DNA of 57,198 nucleotides from Escherichia phage JLK-2012: sequence record NC_049942.1; one strand, 5' to 3'. Shown piece by piece: positions 1 to 9,983 of this stretch (position 1 is its first letter; each line of letters starts with the position of its first letter). The notes under the pieces were generated by a model. It saw only the letters and a program-made list of their open reading frames with translations, ran no database searches and was not told where the DNA came from. The position numbers and the translations under genes were made by a program.

Positions 1-685
1 TTAAATGCCGAGTGGGAAAATATCATGGCCTTGTTCTTGCCAACTGGTGAGTTGCTGCTGTTGGGCGGAGGTTCGATTTTCACCGCACCACACCAGCAAT
101 GTACGGCCTTCGAATAGTTCAGGGCGTAGTTGATTGAGCGAGTGGGCGAGGACATCAATGCGCCATCCTTGTTGACTGGCAATCCAGCCCTCCAGCCACA
201 GACGGGTGGTATCCTGAATATTCCAGCCAACCACCAGCGCATCTTTACCCTGTTTTTTACGTGCCGAAGCCAGACAAATGGCGATGTAGTTGATCAGTAC
301 GCCGTCGAGGATCGCCAGCAGCGCCTGGAGAGTCGGTTGTTGGCACTGAAGCCGTCGGCGCAGAGGAATAAACAGATGTGTGGTGAGCGTCTGGGCGGGG
401 TAATCCTGACCGCGCTCTTTGATCCACGTTCGCAGGCTATGCAGATTGCCGCTTTGCAGGTAGGTCAGTAATGTTTCTTGCTGATCGCGCCAGCCGTTCT
501 GCACATCAACATTTTCATTACTGAGCAGCATTTTAACTTTGCTGACCTGCACGCCGTTGTCGATCCAGCGTTTGATCTCGCGGATCCGGTCAATATCGGC
601 ATCGTTGAACAGCCGATGACCGCCGTCTGTCCGTTGCGGTTTCAGCAATCCGTAACGCCTCTGCCACGCGCGTAACGTGACAGGG
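1..685 (-). pseudogene. mlrA: 3' portion of mlrA/yehV (MerR-family regulator), severed from its 5' end by prophage insertion
   Basis: Minus-strand translation ...PVTLRAWQRRYGLLKPQRTDGGHRLFNDADIDRIREIKRWIDNGVQ... matches MlrA from memory; stop codon at 1-3; the first 22 codons lie at 57130-57198. Confidence 0.85.
665..685. repeat. attL core, 21-bp direct repeat CACGCGCGTAACGTGACAGGG
   Basis: Identical 21-mer at 57131-57151; lies within the mlrA reading frame (codes PVTLRA on the minus strand). Confidence 0.85.
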
Positions 686-722
686 ATTAAGGGTAAACTA
701 ATTGATTTTGCAAGTTTTTATT

Positions 723-2009
723 TTACCCAGCTTTCTTATGGGGCATACATGGGACACTTTCAGATAGTCTTTTGTTAAGGAGTTCTATCTGTTCGTGATT
801 GTTGTCTTTCATCCATGCTCCGTAAACATTGAATACCATTTGTGCGTTTGTGTGGCCCATCTGGCTTGCGATAAAACTAGGATTAGCTCCAGCGGCAAGT
901 GACCAGCATGCATAAGTATGCCTGGATTGGTACGATTTTCTGTGTCTCAGACCTGCGCGTTTTAAGATACTTGTCCATGACTCCCTGATGGAGTCAACCT
1001 TATAGTGCGGTCCGGAAAACTGCCGCTGTTTTATTACCTGAGGACTAAAAACAAAAGTGCATTTATGCACAGTACTTCTCCCATATTCCCTCTGCTTTAC
1101 CTCTACAGAATGTTGCTTTCCAAGCATGGTCATTTCCGCCTGACTTTTAAGAGCATCAATAGCTGGTTGAACCAGATGAATTGTCCTTCCGGTGCCAGCA
1201 TCGGTTTTTGGTGGAGTGAATTCGCCAAGTTTTGTATAATTCCTACGGATGGTTATAGTCCTTGCTTTAAGATCTATATCTTCCCATGCCAGCGATACCA
1301 GCTCCCCGTGACGAATACCCGTGTATACAGCGAGAATCCACAGGTTTTTTGTTTGTTGATGACGGCAAGCCTCAATAAAACGAATAAATTCGTCACGGGT
1401 GAGAGGATCTGGTTTTACCTTGGACTTTTTTAAGGGTGCCAGACCGTTAAATGGGTTTCCTGAGGTATAACCATTATCTGTTGCAAATTGAAACATTCCA
1501 GCTATGGTTGTCATATAGTAGTTTACTGTGACCACTGAGCGCCCTTTTATGGAAGAAATCTTTCCATTAGAAAGCTTTTGGTAACCGGCCAACAAATCTC
1601 TCCTTGCGAAAAGTAAATCCTCTTTTGTTATGGATGAAACCAGTTTTTTCTCACCCAACATAGGCAACATGTTTTTAATTACTGACTGGTAACGATTAAG
1701 TGCATTCGCACAAATCTCAATTTTCTTAAGGTCCAACCATTTTTCCGAAAGTGCCTTAACGGTTATCTCTCTTTTTCCCAGACCAAAGTGTTTCAGGTTA
1801 GGGGAATTAGGGAACTGCGCGGCGTAGTCGAAACTCCCCATTCTGATTGCAAAACAAACAGAAGTGCGAAGCTCACCAGCGATCTTCCGGTTTTTGGCGG
1901 TGTCAGGAACACCGAGGTTTTCTCTGACACGTTTGCCATTATAGTGAAACCATATACGGAGTGATCCTCCATGGTTTTCAACGCCTGTCGGGTATGATGC
2001 GTTACTCAT
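723..2009 (-). CDS. int: Phage integrase, tyrosine recombinase
   Basis: 428-aa ORF adjacent to attL; C-terminal region (...RHTYACWSLAAGANPSFIASQMGHTNAQMVFNVYGAW...) typical of phage integrase catalytic domain. Confidence 0.9.
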   Translation of the reverse strand: MSNASYPTGVENHGGSLRIWFHYNGKRVRENLGVPDTAKNRKIAGELRTSVCFAIRMGSFDYAAQFPNSPNLKHFGLGKREITVKALSEKWLDLKKIEICANALNRYQSVIKNMLPMLGEKKLVSSITKEDLLFARRDLLAGYQKLSNGKISSIKGRSVVTVNYYMTTIAGMFQFATDNGYTSGNPFNGLAPLKKSKVKPDPLTRDEFIRFIEACRHQQTKNLWILAVYTGIRHGELVSLAWEDIDLKARTITIRRNYTKLGEFTPPKTDAGTGRTIHLVQPAIDALKSQAEMTMLGKQHSVEVKQREYGRSTVHKCTFVFSPQVIKQRQFSGPHYKVDSIRESWTSILKRAGLRHRKSYQSRHTYACWSLAAGANPSFIASQMGHTNAQMVFNVYGAWMKDNNHEQIELLNKRLSESVPCMPHKKAG

Positions 2010-2042
2010 AAAACCTCCCAGACGTCCAGGAGCATTAACAGG

Positions 2043-2297
2043 TTAACCGGAACTTGCATTTTTGGCACCTGGTTGTTTCTGGTTTTCGATCCATCGCATA
2101 ATTTCTTCGATGTTGTACAGGCATTCACTGTAATGCCCCGGATCACCTTCTACAGCGTAATGGCGGTATTCTTTTCCCTGCATCCATGACTTTCTTCTGG
2201 CTCGCTCGATGGTGCCAGGCTTTAGCCCTGTTGATGCAATGAGGACTCTCTCCGTACACCATTTGCTGGGGGTTATCTGATAGATGATTGTCTGCAT
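2043..2297 (-). CDS. xis: Excisionase-like protein
   Basis: 84-aa ORF immediately upstream of int on the same strand, the canonical xis position. Confidence 0.6.
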   Translation of the reverse strand: MQTIIYQITPSKWCTERVLIASTGLKPGTIERARRKSWMQGKEYRHYAVEGDPGHYSECLYNIEEIMRWIENQKQPGAKNASSG

Positions 2298-2315
2298 GCC
2301 AACCTCATAAAATTT

Positions 2316-2450
2316 TCATCCACGGCAGTGGCACCACACTTCAAACATTCGCTTCACAACTTCACGACAGTAGAAACCGTCACCACCTCGCGTCAGGTCA
2401 TAGCGATTGCCGTAACGCTGGTGGACCCATCGTTCAAATGCTTTATTCAT
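2316..2450 (-). CDS. Small hypothetical protein (44 aa)
   Basis: ATG-initiated ORF MNKAFERWVHQRYGNRYDLTRGGDGFYCREVVKRMFEVWCHCRG between xis and the next gene; not in the supplied track (<60 aa). Confidence 0.3.
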   Translation of the reverse strand: MNKAFERWVHQRYGNRYDLTRGGDGFYCREVVKRMFEVWCHCRG

Positions 2451-2453
2451 TCT

Positions 2454-2696
2454 TTACTTCCTTTTCATGGCTCGTAATTTTTTCAGATGAGCTTCCTGCT
2501 CTGTTTCTGCCAGAATTTGTCGGTATTCCTGGTGATCAATCCGTTCAAACAGTTCATTAAAATCGTTTATTTTTACCGACTGTGTTCGCCCATCCATTCT
2601 TCTGTACAACACAGTGTTGTTTATGCAGCGAAGAATTTTTATCGGGTAGCCGGCGCTATCGGTGTATATCTGACCACGTTGAATCAGAGCGAACAT
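2454..2696 (-). CDS. Hypothetical early-left protein (80 aa from internal ATG; track ORF extends to 2750 from a TTG)
   Basis: ORF in the leftward operon; ATG at 2696 preceded by an AAGGA Shine-Dalgarno. Confidence 0.4.
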   Translation of the reverse strand: MFALIQRGQIYTDSAGYPIKILRCINNTVLYRRMDGRTQSVKINDFNELFERIDHQEYRQILAETEQEAHLKKLRAMKRK

Positions 2697-2770
2697 TCCT
2701 TTATCCCCAGCGGAAAAGCGAATACAGAATAAATGCCACCGCGATTGCAACTCCTACAGCGGTGAATGCT

Positions 2771-3517
2771 TCAGGCCAATTCATCATTCACCCCCTGCGG
2801 CGGTTCTTGTAGTGGCATCCAGTGTGTGGCCTGTTCAATACCATTACCAGGCGCAACCGTTATCTGCCCACGCCGAAAGGTGCTTCCGGTATAGCGTGCG
2901 GAGCATATTAGCGGTTCAACCAGAGAGCTATCGAAATTCACCGAAATAAGCACGTTCTGGCCCTTTTCAGGCATTCGATCACTACAGCTTATCCAACTAT
3001 CCGGAGTTCCCGGAGAGTTGCCATTTACATCGAAGTTTGGCTCTGCGTCCTGAACCAAGAGGATGTAACCATTCTTGGCTGTATCAAGTTCTAACGCTTC
3101 GGTGACGGTGCCGAAATAGCGATTACCTAAATCAGCATCACAAGTGCTTATATCAATGGAAACTTCCATGCCTTCGATTAATTCTGGCAAGTTGTAAGTT
3201 TGGCTTACAGGTTGGCTACCCTGAAGCATGGCGGCGCGGTGACACCAGATAATCCAGCCAAGCGCCATATCCCATGCCATGTATTCTCTATCGCCATTTT
3301 TTGCCCTACGGCGATCTACAGATTCCCCGAAACGCTTCTCCATAAATAATTCATAGGCTGCTCGTTCATCCGATACTGCTGCCAGTGATGCCAGTGCAAT
3401 TTTTAATGCGGTAAGCATGTTGTTTTGATCTTCATCGAGTCCGAACGGTATTTCATCCCGTGCTGACTCAATGCTGGTAATCGTGTTCTGTAACCATTCT
3501 TTGGTAAGAGTATTCAT
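2771..3517 (-). CDS. Hypothetical phage protein, DUF551-like C-terminus
   Basis: 248-aa ORF in leftward operon; C-terminal ...HWMPLQEPP motif resembles DUF551 prophage proteins (recalled, not searched). Confidence 0.5.
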   Translation of the reverse strand: MNTLTKEWLQNTITSIESARDEIPFGLDEDQNNMLTALKIALASLAAVSDERAAYELFMEKRFGESVDRRRAKNGDREYMAWDMALGWIIWCHRAAMLQGSQPVSQTYNLPELIEGMEVSIDISTCDADLGNRYFGTVTEALELDTAKNGYILLVQDAEPNFDVNGNSPGTPDSWISCSDRMPEKGQNVLISVNFDSSLVEPLICSARYTGSTFRRGQITVAPGNGIEQATHWMPLQEPPQGVNDELA

Positions 3518-3519
3518 AA

Positions 3520-3711
3520 CTATTTCACCTTAATCTCAACATTTCGCAGCTTTAGCTCTACTGGCAGGTCTGACTTTCCGGTTAATGCTAATGCGAGATT
3601 TTCTGGAGTAATGAGAGCAGTTATTGTTTTCCCCCTCGCCAGACGAATAATCATTCGTATCTCGCAATCGTCACATGCTCCCGGTCGAACAATTGAGATT
3701 TGTCCGTTCAT
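3520..3711 (-). CDS. Small hypothetical protein (63 aa)
   Basis: ATG at 3711 immediately after the stop of the upstream ea22-like gene; MNGQISIVRPGACDDCEIR... Confidence 0.45.
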   Translation of the reverse strand: MNGQISIVRPGACDDCEIRMIIRLARGKTITALITPENLALALTGKSDLPVELKLRNVEIKVK

Positions 3712-3712
3712 C

Positions 3713-4483
3713 TCACTCTCCTTTGATGCGAATGCCAGCGGCGCGCTCGGCTTCACTTTGTTCCCAAAACCACTTGTGAAGCGCCATAAGCTTTTCGTCA
3801 ATCGGTGCATATTTGCGATTAAAGTAGGCCTGAGCATCTTTCTCAGATTCGTCCGGTAATTCGCCAGGGCCAAACAGTGTGTTATAAATCCATGCTAGTC
3901 CGCTCTTAGCGTCGCCAGTTGCCTGCCATTCGATAATGGCAGCCTGCATGACCAGAATGTTTTTCCCGATTAATAGGTCCAGTTCTTTGTACCGGTTGCG
4001 GATGTATGCATTCTCGCTTTGTAATTTTGCGTTGCGCTTTTCTGAGGCTTCAAGTAACGCCTGCTTATCGCGTAGAGCTTCTTCCAGTTCAGCAACATGG
4101 CATTCACTATCAATAAGGTTGTTCTCTGCTGCTTCAAGCTCAACACGCAGCTTCCCAACCGTAAGCGCAATCTCCTCGTTCTCCTGGTCGCGGCGTTTGA
4201 TGTATTGCTGGTTTCTTTCCCGTTCATCCAGCAGTTCCAGCACGGTAGCCGGGTTAGCCTCTGCTATGAATTCAGCGTTTGCATAAGCCTGAGCATCTGT
4301 TTCAACCAGGCAGTTAACGTGACATTCTGCAATCACGCCACCGGGTTCTCCTTTCCATTTTTGACAAACAAAAACTCCTGTTAAATTGCCATGCCGATTA
4401 ACAGATGTATGCCCTACGATGTAGCTTCCTTTAGTTGCTTTTTCTGCCTTTTCACGCAGTGCCTGATAATTAATTTCGCTCAC
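3713..4483 (-). CDS. Ead/Ea22-like protein
   Basis: 256-aa ORF with coiled-coil central region, in the lambda ea22 position between xis and exo; GTG start with GAGAGG Shine-Dalgarno. Confidence 0.6.
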   Translation of the reverse strand: MSEINYQALREKAEKATKGSYIVGHTSVNRHGNLTGVFVCQKWKGEPGGVIAECHVNCLVETDAQAYANAEFIAEANPATVLELLDERERNQQYIKRRDQENEEIALTVGKLRVELEAAENNLIDSECHVAELEEALRDKQALLEASEKRNAKLQSENAYIRNRYKELDLLIGKNILVMQAAIIEWQATGDAKSGLAWIYNTLFGPGELPDESEKDAQAYFNRKYAPIDEKLMALHKWFWEQSEAERAAGIRIKGE

Positions 4484-4701
4484 TTCGAACCTCTCTGTTT
4501 ACTGATAAGCTCCAGATCCTCCTGGCAACTTGCACAAGTCCGACAACCCTGAACTGCCAGGCATCTTCGTTCATCTATCGGATCGCCACACTCACAACAA
4601 TGAGTTGCGGATACAGTCTGGTAGTTCAGGCGACGCATTTTTATTGCTGTATTGCGCTGTAATTCTTCAATTTCTGATGCTGAATCAATGATATCTGCCA
4701 T
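4480..4701 (-). CDS. TraR/DksA-family C4 zinc-finger protein
   Basis: 73 aa with CxxC...CxxC spacing (CCECGDPIDERR...CRTCASC) typical of phage TraR/DksA-like proteins. Confidence 0.6.
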   Translation of the reverse strand: MADIIDSASEIEELQRNTAIKMRRLNYQTVSATHCCECGDPIDERRCLAVQGCRTCASCQEDLELISKQRGSK

Positions 4702-4799
4702 CTTTCATTAATCCCTGAATTGTTGGTTAATACGCTTGAGGGTGAATGCGAATAATAAAAAAGGAGCCTGTAGCTCCCTGATGATTTTGCTTTTCATGT

Positions 4800-5081
4800 T
4801 CACCGTTCCTTAAAGACGCCGTTTAACATACCGATTGCCAGACTTAAGTGAGTCGGTGTGAATCCCATCAGCGTTACCGTTTCGCGGTGCTTCTTTAGTA
4901 CGCTACGGCAAATGTCATCGACGTTTTTATCCGGAAACTGCTGTCTGGCTTTTTTGATTTCAGAATTAGCCTGACGGGCAATGCTGCGAAGGGCGTTTTC
5001 CTGCTGAGGTGTCATTGAACAAGTCCCATGTCGGCAAGCATAAGCACACAGAATATAAAGCCCGCTGCCAGAAGAATGCAT
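4800..5081 (-). CDS. Hypothetical early-left protein (start uncertain; alternative ATG at 5015)
   Basis: ORF in leftward operon, in the lambda orf61 position between the TraR-like gene and the orf63-like gene. Confidence 0.4.
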   Translation of the reverse strand: MHSSGSGLYILCAYACRHGTCSMTPQQENALRSIARQANSEIKKARQQFPDKNVDDICRSVLKKHRETVTLMGFTPTHLSLAIGMLNGVFKER

Positions 5082-5091
5082 TCAGTGGTTG

Positions 5092-5283
5092 TCATACCTG
5101 GTCTCTCTCATCTGCTTCTGCTTTCGCCACCATCATTTCCAGCTTTTGTGAAAGGGATGCGGCTAACGTATGAAATTCTTCGTCTGTTTCTACTGGTATT
5201 GGCACAAACCTGACTCCAATTTGAGCAAGGCTATGTGCCATCTCAATGCTCGTTCTTAACTCAACAGGAGATGCTTTGTGCAT
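5092..5283 (-). CDS. Lambda orf63-like protein
   Basis: 63-aa [26 protein letters not shown]..., position and size as lambda orf63. Confidence 0.55.
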   Translation of the reverse strand: MHKASPVELRTSIEMAHSLAQIGVRFVPIPVETDEEFHTLAASLSQKLEMMVAKAEADERDQV

Positions 5284-5444
5284 ATCGCCTCCCGTTTATT
5301 ATTTATCTCCTCAGCCAGCCGCTGTGCTTTCAGGGGATTTCGGATAACAGAAAGGCCGGGAAATACCCAGCCTCGCTTTGTAACGGAGTAGACGAAAGTG
5401 ATCGTGCCTACCCGGATATTATCGTGAGGATGCTTCATTGCCAT
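5256..5444 (-). CDS. Lambda orf60a-like protein
   Basis: 62-aa [29 protein letters not shown]... just downstream of exo, overlapping the orf63-like gene as in lambda; GGGAG Shine-Dalgarno. Confidence 0.55.
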   Translation of the reverse strand: MAMKHPHDNIRVGTITFVYSVTKRGWVFPGLSVIRNPLKAQRLAEEINNKREAICTKHLLLS

Positions 5445-6115
5445 TGCTCCCCAAATGCAAAACCAATTTCAGCCAGTGCCTCGTCCATTTTTTCGATGAA
5501 CTCCGGCACCATCTCGTCAAAACCCGCCATGTACTTTTCATCCCGCTCAACCACGACATAATGCAGGCCTTCACGCTTCATACGCGGGTCATAGTTGGCA
5601 AAGTACCAGGCATCTTTTCGCGTCACCCACATGCTGTACTGCACCTGGGCCATGTAAGCCGACTTTATGGCCTCGAAACCACCGAGCCGGAATTTCATGA
5701 AATCCCGGGAGGTAAACGGGCATTTCAATTCAAGGCCGTTGCCGTCACTGCATAAACCATCGGGAGAGCAGGCGGTGCGCATACTTTCGTCGCGATAGAT
5801 GATCGGGGATTCAGTAACATTAACGCCGGAAGTGAACTCAAAGAGGGTTCTGGCGTCGTTCTCGTACTGTTTTCCCCAGGCCAGCGCCTTAGCGTTAACT
5901 TCCGGAGCCGCACCGGTGCAAACCTCAGCCAGCAGGGTGTGGAAGTAGGACATTTTCATGTCAGGCCACTTTTTTCCTGAGCGGGGTTTTGCTATCACGT
6001 TGTGAACTTCTGAAGCGGTGATGACGCCGAGCCGTAATTTGTGCCACGCATCATCCCCCTGTTCGACAGCTCTCACGTCGATCCCGGTACGCTGCAGGAT
6101 AATGTCCGGTGTCAT
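5435..6115 (-). CDS. exo: Exonuclease (Red alpha)
   Basis: 226 aa, [65 protein letters not shown]... near-identical to lambda Exo as recalled. Confidence 0.95.
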   Translation of the reverse strand: MTPDIILQRTGIDVRAVEQGDDAWHKLRLGVITASEVHNVIAKPRSGKKWPDMKMSYFHTLLAEVCTGAAPEVNAKALAWGKQYENDARTLFEFTSGVNVTESPIIYRDESMRTACSPDGLCSDGNGLELKCPFTSRDFMKFRLGGFEAIKSAYMAQVQYSMWVTRKDAWYFANYDPRMKREGLHYVVVERDEKYMAGFDEMVPEFIEKMDEALAEIGFAFGEQWQ

Positions 6116-6897
6116 GCAGCCACCTTCTGTTCAGAGGCTTTTTGTTTCAGGAATCCAAGAGCTTTCACTGCTTCGGCCTGTGTCAGTTCTGACGATGCGC
6201 GAATGTCGCGGCGAAATATCTGGGAACAGAGCGGCAATAAGTCGTCATCCCATGTTTTGTCCAGGGCAATCAGCAGAGTGTTAATCTCCTGCATGGTTTC
6301 ATCGTTAACCGGAGTGATGTCGCGTTCCGGCTGACGTTCTGCAGTGTATGCGGTATTTTCGACAATGCGCTCGGCTTCATCCTTGTCATAGATACCAGCA
6401 AATCCGAAGGCCAGACGGGCACACTGAATCATGGCTTTATGACGTAACATCCGTTTGGGATGCGACTGCCACGGTCCGGTGATTTCTCTGCCTTCGCGGG
6501 TTTTGAATGGTTCGCGGCGGCATTCATCCATCCACTCGGTAACGCAGATCGGATGATTACGGTCCTTGCGGTAAATCCGGCATGTACATGATTCATTGTC
6601 CTGCTCAAAGTCCATGCCATCAAACTGCTGGTTTTCATTGATGATGCGGGACCAGCCATCAACGCCCACCACCGGAACGATGCCGTTCTGCTTATCAGGG
6701 AAGGCGTAAATTTCTTTCGTCCACGGATTAAGGCCGTACTGGTTGGCGACGATCAACAATGCGATGAACTGCGCATCGCTGGCATCACCTTTAAATGCCG
6801 TCTGGCGAAGAGTGGTGATCAGTTCCTGTGGGTCGACAGAATCCATGCCGACACGTTCAGCCAGCTTCCCAGCCAGCGTTGCGAGTGCTGTACTCAT
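6112..6897 (-). CDS. bet: Bet (Red beta) single-strand annealing protein
   Basis: 261 aa [66 protein letters not shown]... matches lambda Bet. Confidence 0.95.
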   Translation of the reverse strand: MSTALATLAGKLAERVGMDSVDPQELITTLRQTAFKGDASDAQFIALLIVANQYGLNPWTKEIYAFPDKQNGIVPVVGVDGWSRIINENQQFDGMDFEQDNESCTCRIYRKDRNHPICVTEWMDECRREPFKTREGREITGPWQSHPKRMLRHKAMIQCARLAFGFAGIYDKDEAERIVENTAYTAERQPERDITPVNDETMQEINTLLIALDKTWDDDLLPLCSQIFRRDIRASSELTQAEAVKALGFLKQKASEQKVAA

Positions 6898-6902
6898 CCG
6901 TT

Positions 6903-7319
6903 TTATACCTCTGAATCAATATCAACCTGGTGGTGAGCAATGGTTTCAACCATGTACCGGATGTGTTCTGCCATGCGCTCCTGAAACTCAACATCGTCAT
7001 CAAACGCACGGGTAATGGCTTTTTTGCTGGCCCCGTGGCGTTGCAAATGATCGATGCATAGCGATTCAAACAGGTGCTGGGGCAGGCCTTTTTCCATGTC
7101 GTCTGCCAGTTCTGCCTCTTTCTCTTCACGGGCGATCTGCTGGTAGTGACGCGCCCAGCTCTGAGCCTCAAGACGATCCTGAATGTAATAAGCGTTCATG
7201 GCTGAACTCCTGAAATAGCTGTGAAAATATCGCCCGCGAAATGCCGGGCTGATTAGGAAAACAGGAAAGGGAGTTAGTGAATGCTTTTGCTTGATCTCAG
7301 TTTCAGTATTAATATCCAT
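6903..7319 (-). CDS. gam: Gam, RecBCD inhibitor
   Basis: 138 aa [61 protein letters not shown]... matches lambda Gam. Confidence 0.95.
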   Translation of the reverse strand: MDINTETEIKQKHSLTPFPVFLISPAFRGRYFHSYFRSSAMNAYYIQDRLEAQSWARHYQQIAREEKEAELADDMEKGLPQHLFESLCIDHLQRHGASKKAITRAFDDDVEFQERMAEHIRYMVETIAHHQVDIDSEV

Positions 7320-7417
7320 TTTTTATAAGCGTCGACGGCTTCACGAAACATCTTTTCATCGCCAATAAAAGTGGCGATAGTGAATTTAGTCTGGATAGCC
7401 ATAAGTGTTTGATCCAT
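7274..7417 (-). CDS. kil: Kil, host-killing/FtsZ-inhibiting peptide
   Basis: 47 aa [47 protein letters not shown] from internal ATG of track ORF 7274-7543; overlaps gam start as in lambda. Confidence 0.85.
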   Translation of the reverse strand: MDQTLMAIQTKFTIATFIGDEKMFREAVDAYKKWILILKLRSSKSIH

Positions 7418-7550
7418 TCTTTGGGACTCCTGGCTGATTAAGTATGTCGATAAGGCGTTTCCATCCGTCACGTAATTTACGGGTGATTCGTTCAAGTAAA
7501 GATTCGGAAGGGCAGCCAGCAACAGGCCACCCTGCAATGGCATATTGCAT
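7386..7550 (-). CDS. cIII: CIII, FtsH inhibitor
   Basis: 54 aa [54 protein letters not shown] matches lambda CIII. Confidence 0.9.
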   Translation of the reverse strand: MQYAIAGWPVAGCPSESLLERITRKLRDGWKRLIDILNQPGVPKNGSNTYGYPD

Positions 7551-7622
7551 GATGTGCTCCTTATTTATACATAACGAAAAACGCCTCGAGTGAAGCGTTA
7601 TTGGTATGCGGTAAAGCCGCAC

Positions 7623-7991
7623 TCAGGCGGCCTTGATAGTCATATCATCTGAATCAAATATTCCTGATGTATCGATATCGGTAATTCTTATTCCTTCGCT
7701 ACCATCCATTGAAGGCCATCCTTCCTGACCATTTCCATCATTCCAGTCGAACTCACACACAACACCATATGCATTTAAGTCGCTTGAAATTGCTATAAGC
7801 AGAGTATGTTGCGCCAGCATGATTAATACAGCATTTAATACAGAGCCGTGTTTATTGAGTCGGTATTCAGAGTCTGACCAGAAATTATTAATCTGGTGAA
7901 GTTTTTCCTCTGTCATTACGTCATGGTCGATTTCAATTTCTATTGATGCTTTCCAGTCGTAATCAATGATGTATTTTTTGATGTTTGACAT
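7623..7991 (-). CDS. ea10: Ea10-like protein
   Basis: 122 aa MSNIKKYIIDYDWKASIEIEIDHDVMTEEKLHQINNFWSDSEYRLNKHGSVLNAVLIML..., lambda ea10 position and sequence. Confidence 0.85.
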   Translation of the reverse strand: MSNIKKYIIDYDWKASIEIEIDHDVMTEEKLHQINNFWSDSEYRLNKHGSVLNAVLIMLAQHTLLIAISSDLNAYGVVCEFDWNDGNGQEGWPSMDGSEGIRITDIDTSGIFDSDDMTIKAA

Positions 7992-8253
7992 CTGTTCATA
8001 TCCTCACAGATAAAAAATCGCCCTCACATTGGAGGGCAAAGAAGATTTCCAATAATCAGAACAAGTCGGCTCCTGTTTAGTTACGAGCGACATTGCTCCG
8101 TGTATTCACTCGTTGGAATGAATACACAGTGCTTATTCGTACTAATAAAATACCCAATTTTCTGTTTCTTGGTTGTGTCCAAAGTTATATTCAATATCTG
8201 GTGTTGATGTATGAACCGCCCCGGTTTTCCTGGAGAGTGTTTTATCTGTGAAC

Positions 8254-9141
8254 TCAGGCTGCCAGATCATCGTTTCTGATGGAAGCATAATAAGCTTTTT
8301 CTGCTTCTGCCGGAGGGATATGACCCAGCCTTCCCAGCAATCGTCGATTGTTATACCAGTCCACCCACGTGAGTGTGGCCAGTTCCACTTCTGCACGGTT
8401 TTTCCAGCTCTTACGGTGTATTACCTCCGCTTTGTAAAGACCATTGATGCTCTCCGCCATCGCGTTGTCATACGAGTCACCTGTACTCCCTGTTGATGCC
8501 AGCAGTTTTGCTTCTTTTAGTCGCTCCGTATAGGCCAGTGATACATACTGAGAACCTTTATCACTGTGATGGACTGTGCCGGACGGCCGACGGGCCCACA
8601 ACGCCTGCTCCAGTGCATCCAGCACGAATGTCGTTTCCATAGACGATGAGACTCGCCACCCCACGATGCATCCGGCAAACACATCAATGATGAACGCCAC
8701 ATAGACGAAGCCCTGCCATGTGCTGACGTAAGTAAAATCAGCCACCCACAGCTGGTCAGGACGTTCTGCCACGAACTGACGGTTTACGCGGTCGCCTGCG
8801 GAAACGGCTTTCCGGCTGACGGTAGTACGGACCTTTTTACCCCGGAGAACACCGGCAAGTCCCATAACCGCCATGAGGCGCGCCACTGTACATCTGGCCA
8901 CCCTGATACCTTCGCGTAACAACTGGCGCCAGACTTTACGCACACCGTACACCTGATGATTTTCATCGTATACGCGCTGTATCTCTCTCTTCAGCCAGTC
9001 ATCGCGCTGCGCACGGGCACTGCGTTTATCAGGATGATGTCGCTGTTGCTGACAGTGGTAATACGTTGACGGGGCAATATGCAGTTCACTGCATACCGGT
9101 CCGACCCCGTACTGCTCACGCAGCTTATCCAGCAGTGGCAT
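8254..9141 (-). CDS. IS629 transposase OrfB (DDE catalytic part of the OrfAB frameshift product)
   Basis: 295 aa [40 protein letters not shown]... recalled as IS629/IS1203 OrfB. Confidence 0.9.
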   Translation of the reverse strand: MPLLDKLREQYGVGPVCSELHIAPSTYYHCQQQRHHPDKRSARAQRDDWLKREIQRVYDENHQVYGVRKVWRQLLREGIRVARCTVARLMAVMGLAGVLRGKKVRTTVSRKAVSAGDRVNRQFVAERPDQLWVADFTYVSTWQGFVYVAFIIDVFAGCIVGWRVSSSMETTFVLDALEQALWARRPSGTVHHSDKGSQYVSLAYTERLKEAKLLASTGSTGDSYDNAMAESINGLYKAEVIHRKSWKNRAEVELATLTWVDWYNNRRLLGRLGHIPPAEAEKAYYASIRNDDLAA

Positions 9142-9467
9142 TATTTTTTCCAGAGGCGGTCGAACTCCGCCTTCGCAAAATAAGCGGAAGCCTGGCGAAG
9201 GATATCGTTACTGCGGCGCAGTTCACGATTTTCACGTTCCAGCTCTTTCAGACGCTGACGTTCAGCGGTGGTGAATCCACCATCACCACTCCCGGTATCC
9301 CGCTCATGCTGACGAACCCACACACGCAGAGTCTCTGGCGTACAGCCAATCTTTGGGGCAATGGAACAAATTGCCGCCCATTGTGAGTCATATTCGCCCT
9401 GACTTTCCAGAACCATACGAACTGCCCGTTGACGGACCTCGGGGGAAAAACGTGTATTTTTAGTCAT
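9141..9467 (-). CDS. IS629 transposase OrfA (HTH part)
   Basis: 108 aa [59 protein letters not shown]...; overlaps orfB in the -1 frame. Confidence 0.9.
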   Translation of the reverse strand: MTKNTRFSPEVRQRAVRMVLESQGEYDSQWAAICSIAPKIGCTPETLRVWVRQHERDTGSGDGGFTTAERQRLKELERENRELRRSNDILRQASAYFAKAEFDRLWKK

Positions 9468-9983
9468 CCTGTTTACCTCTTTCTCAGGGAGTTTAGTCTC
9501 CAGGATTCCCGGGGCGGTTCAGTATCAATATTCTTCATACCATCAACAAGAGTTGATACAACAGCCAAATCTTGTTTGATTCTCATTAAATGGTATTTCT
9601 TCCGGCGCAATAAACTTTCAATGGCAAGTTTCTTCGTTGGGAATGCAAAAGATCTTTCTGCATTTTTTGCTACTTTCTTAATTGCATATCTATTTCTCCT
9701 TTGTTTCCATTCCTGTAACCACTGATTTGGTGCTGGTTTAAAATTAACAATCCAATGCGCAGGAACCAACCATGCATAATGCTCTGTCTGATGAAAAGCT
9801 ATATATTGAAGTGCGAATATTTTTATCCCATCTTCTTCAACTGTCGCCTGGAATCTCCAGAAAACAGGCATTCCATCATGTTCAGTTTCTGATTCAGGAA
9901 AAGGTACGCTCCATGATTTTGTCATATCTCACCTCAAATAAGTGGTTTGCTGCCTAATTTCATTTTCTGGCGACCAACACAAG

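Larger units (their letters stand above)
8212..9521 (-). mobile_element. IS629 (IS3 family), 1310 bp, with imperfect terminal inverted repeats and 3-bp target-site duplication GTA
   Basis: Ends TGAACCGCCCCGG... (8212) and ...CCGGGGCGGTTCA (9521); GTA at 8209-8211 and 9522-9524; contains orfA/orfB pair. Confidence 0.9.
8142..9925 (-). pseudogene. Phage early-left gene of unknown function split by IS629 (N-terminal 134 codons at 9522-9925, C-terminal 22 codons plus stop at 8142-8211)
   Basis: Removing the IS and one copy of the GTA duplication restores one ORF (MTKSWSVPFPESETEHDGMPVFWRF...VDGMKNIDTSTPDIEYNFGHNQETENWVFY). Confidence 0.75.

Noticed and set aside
1005-1433. Plus-strand ORF of 142 aa inside int
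   Set aside because: Antisense to the integrase gene in AT-rich sequence; no independent support.
8142-8396. Track ORF of 84 aa spanning the left IS629 end
   Set aside because: A read-through artefact: its N-terminal part is IS sequence and its C-terminal 22 codons belong to the IS-disrupted phage gene.
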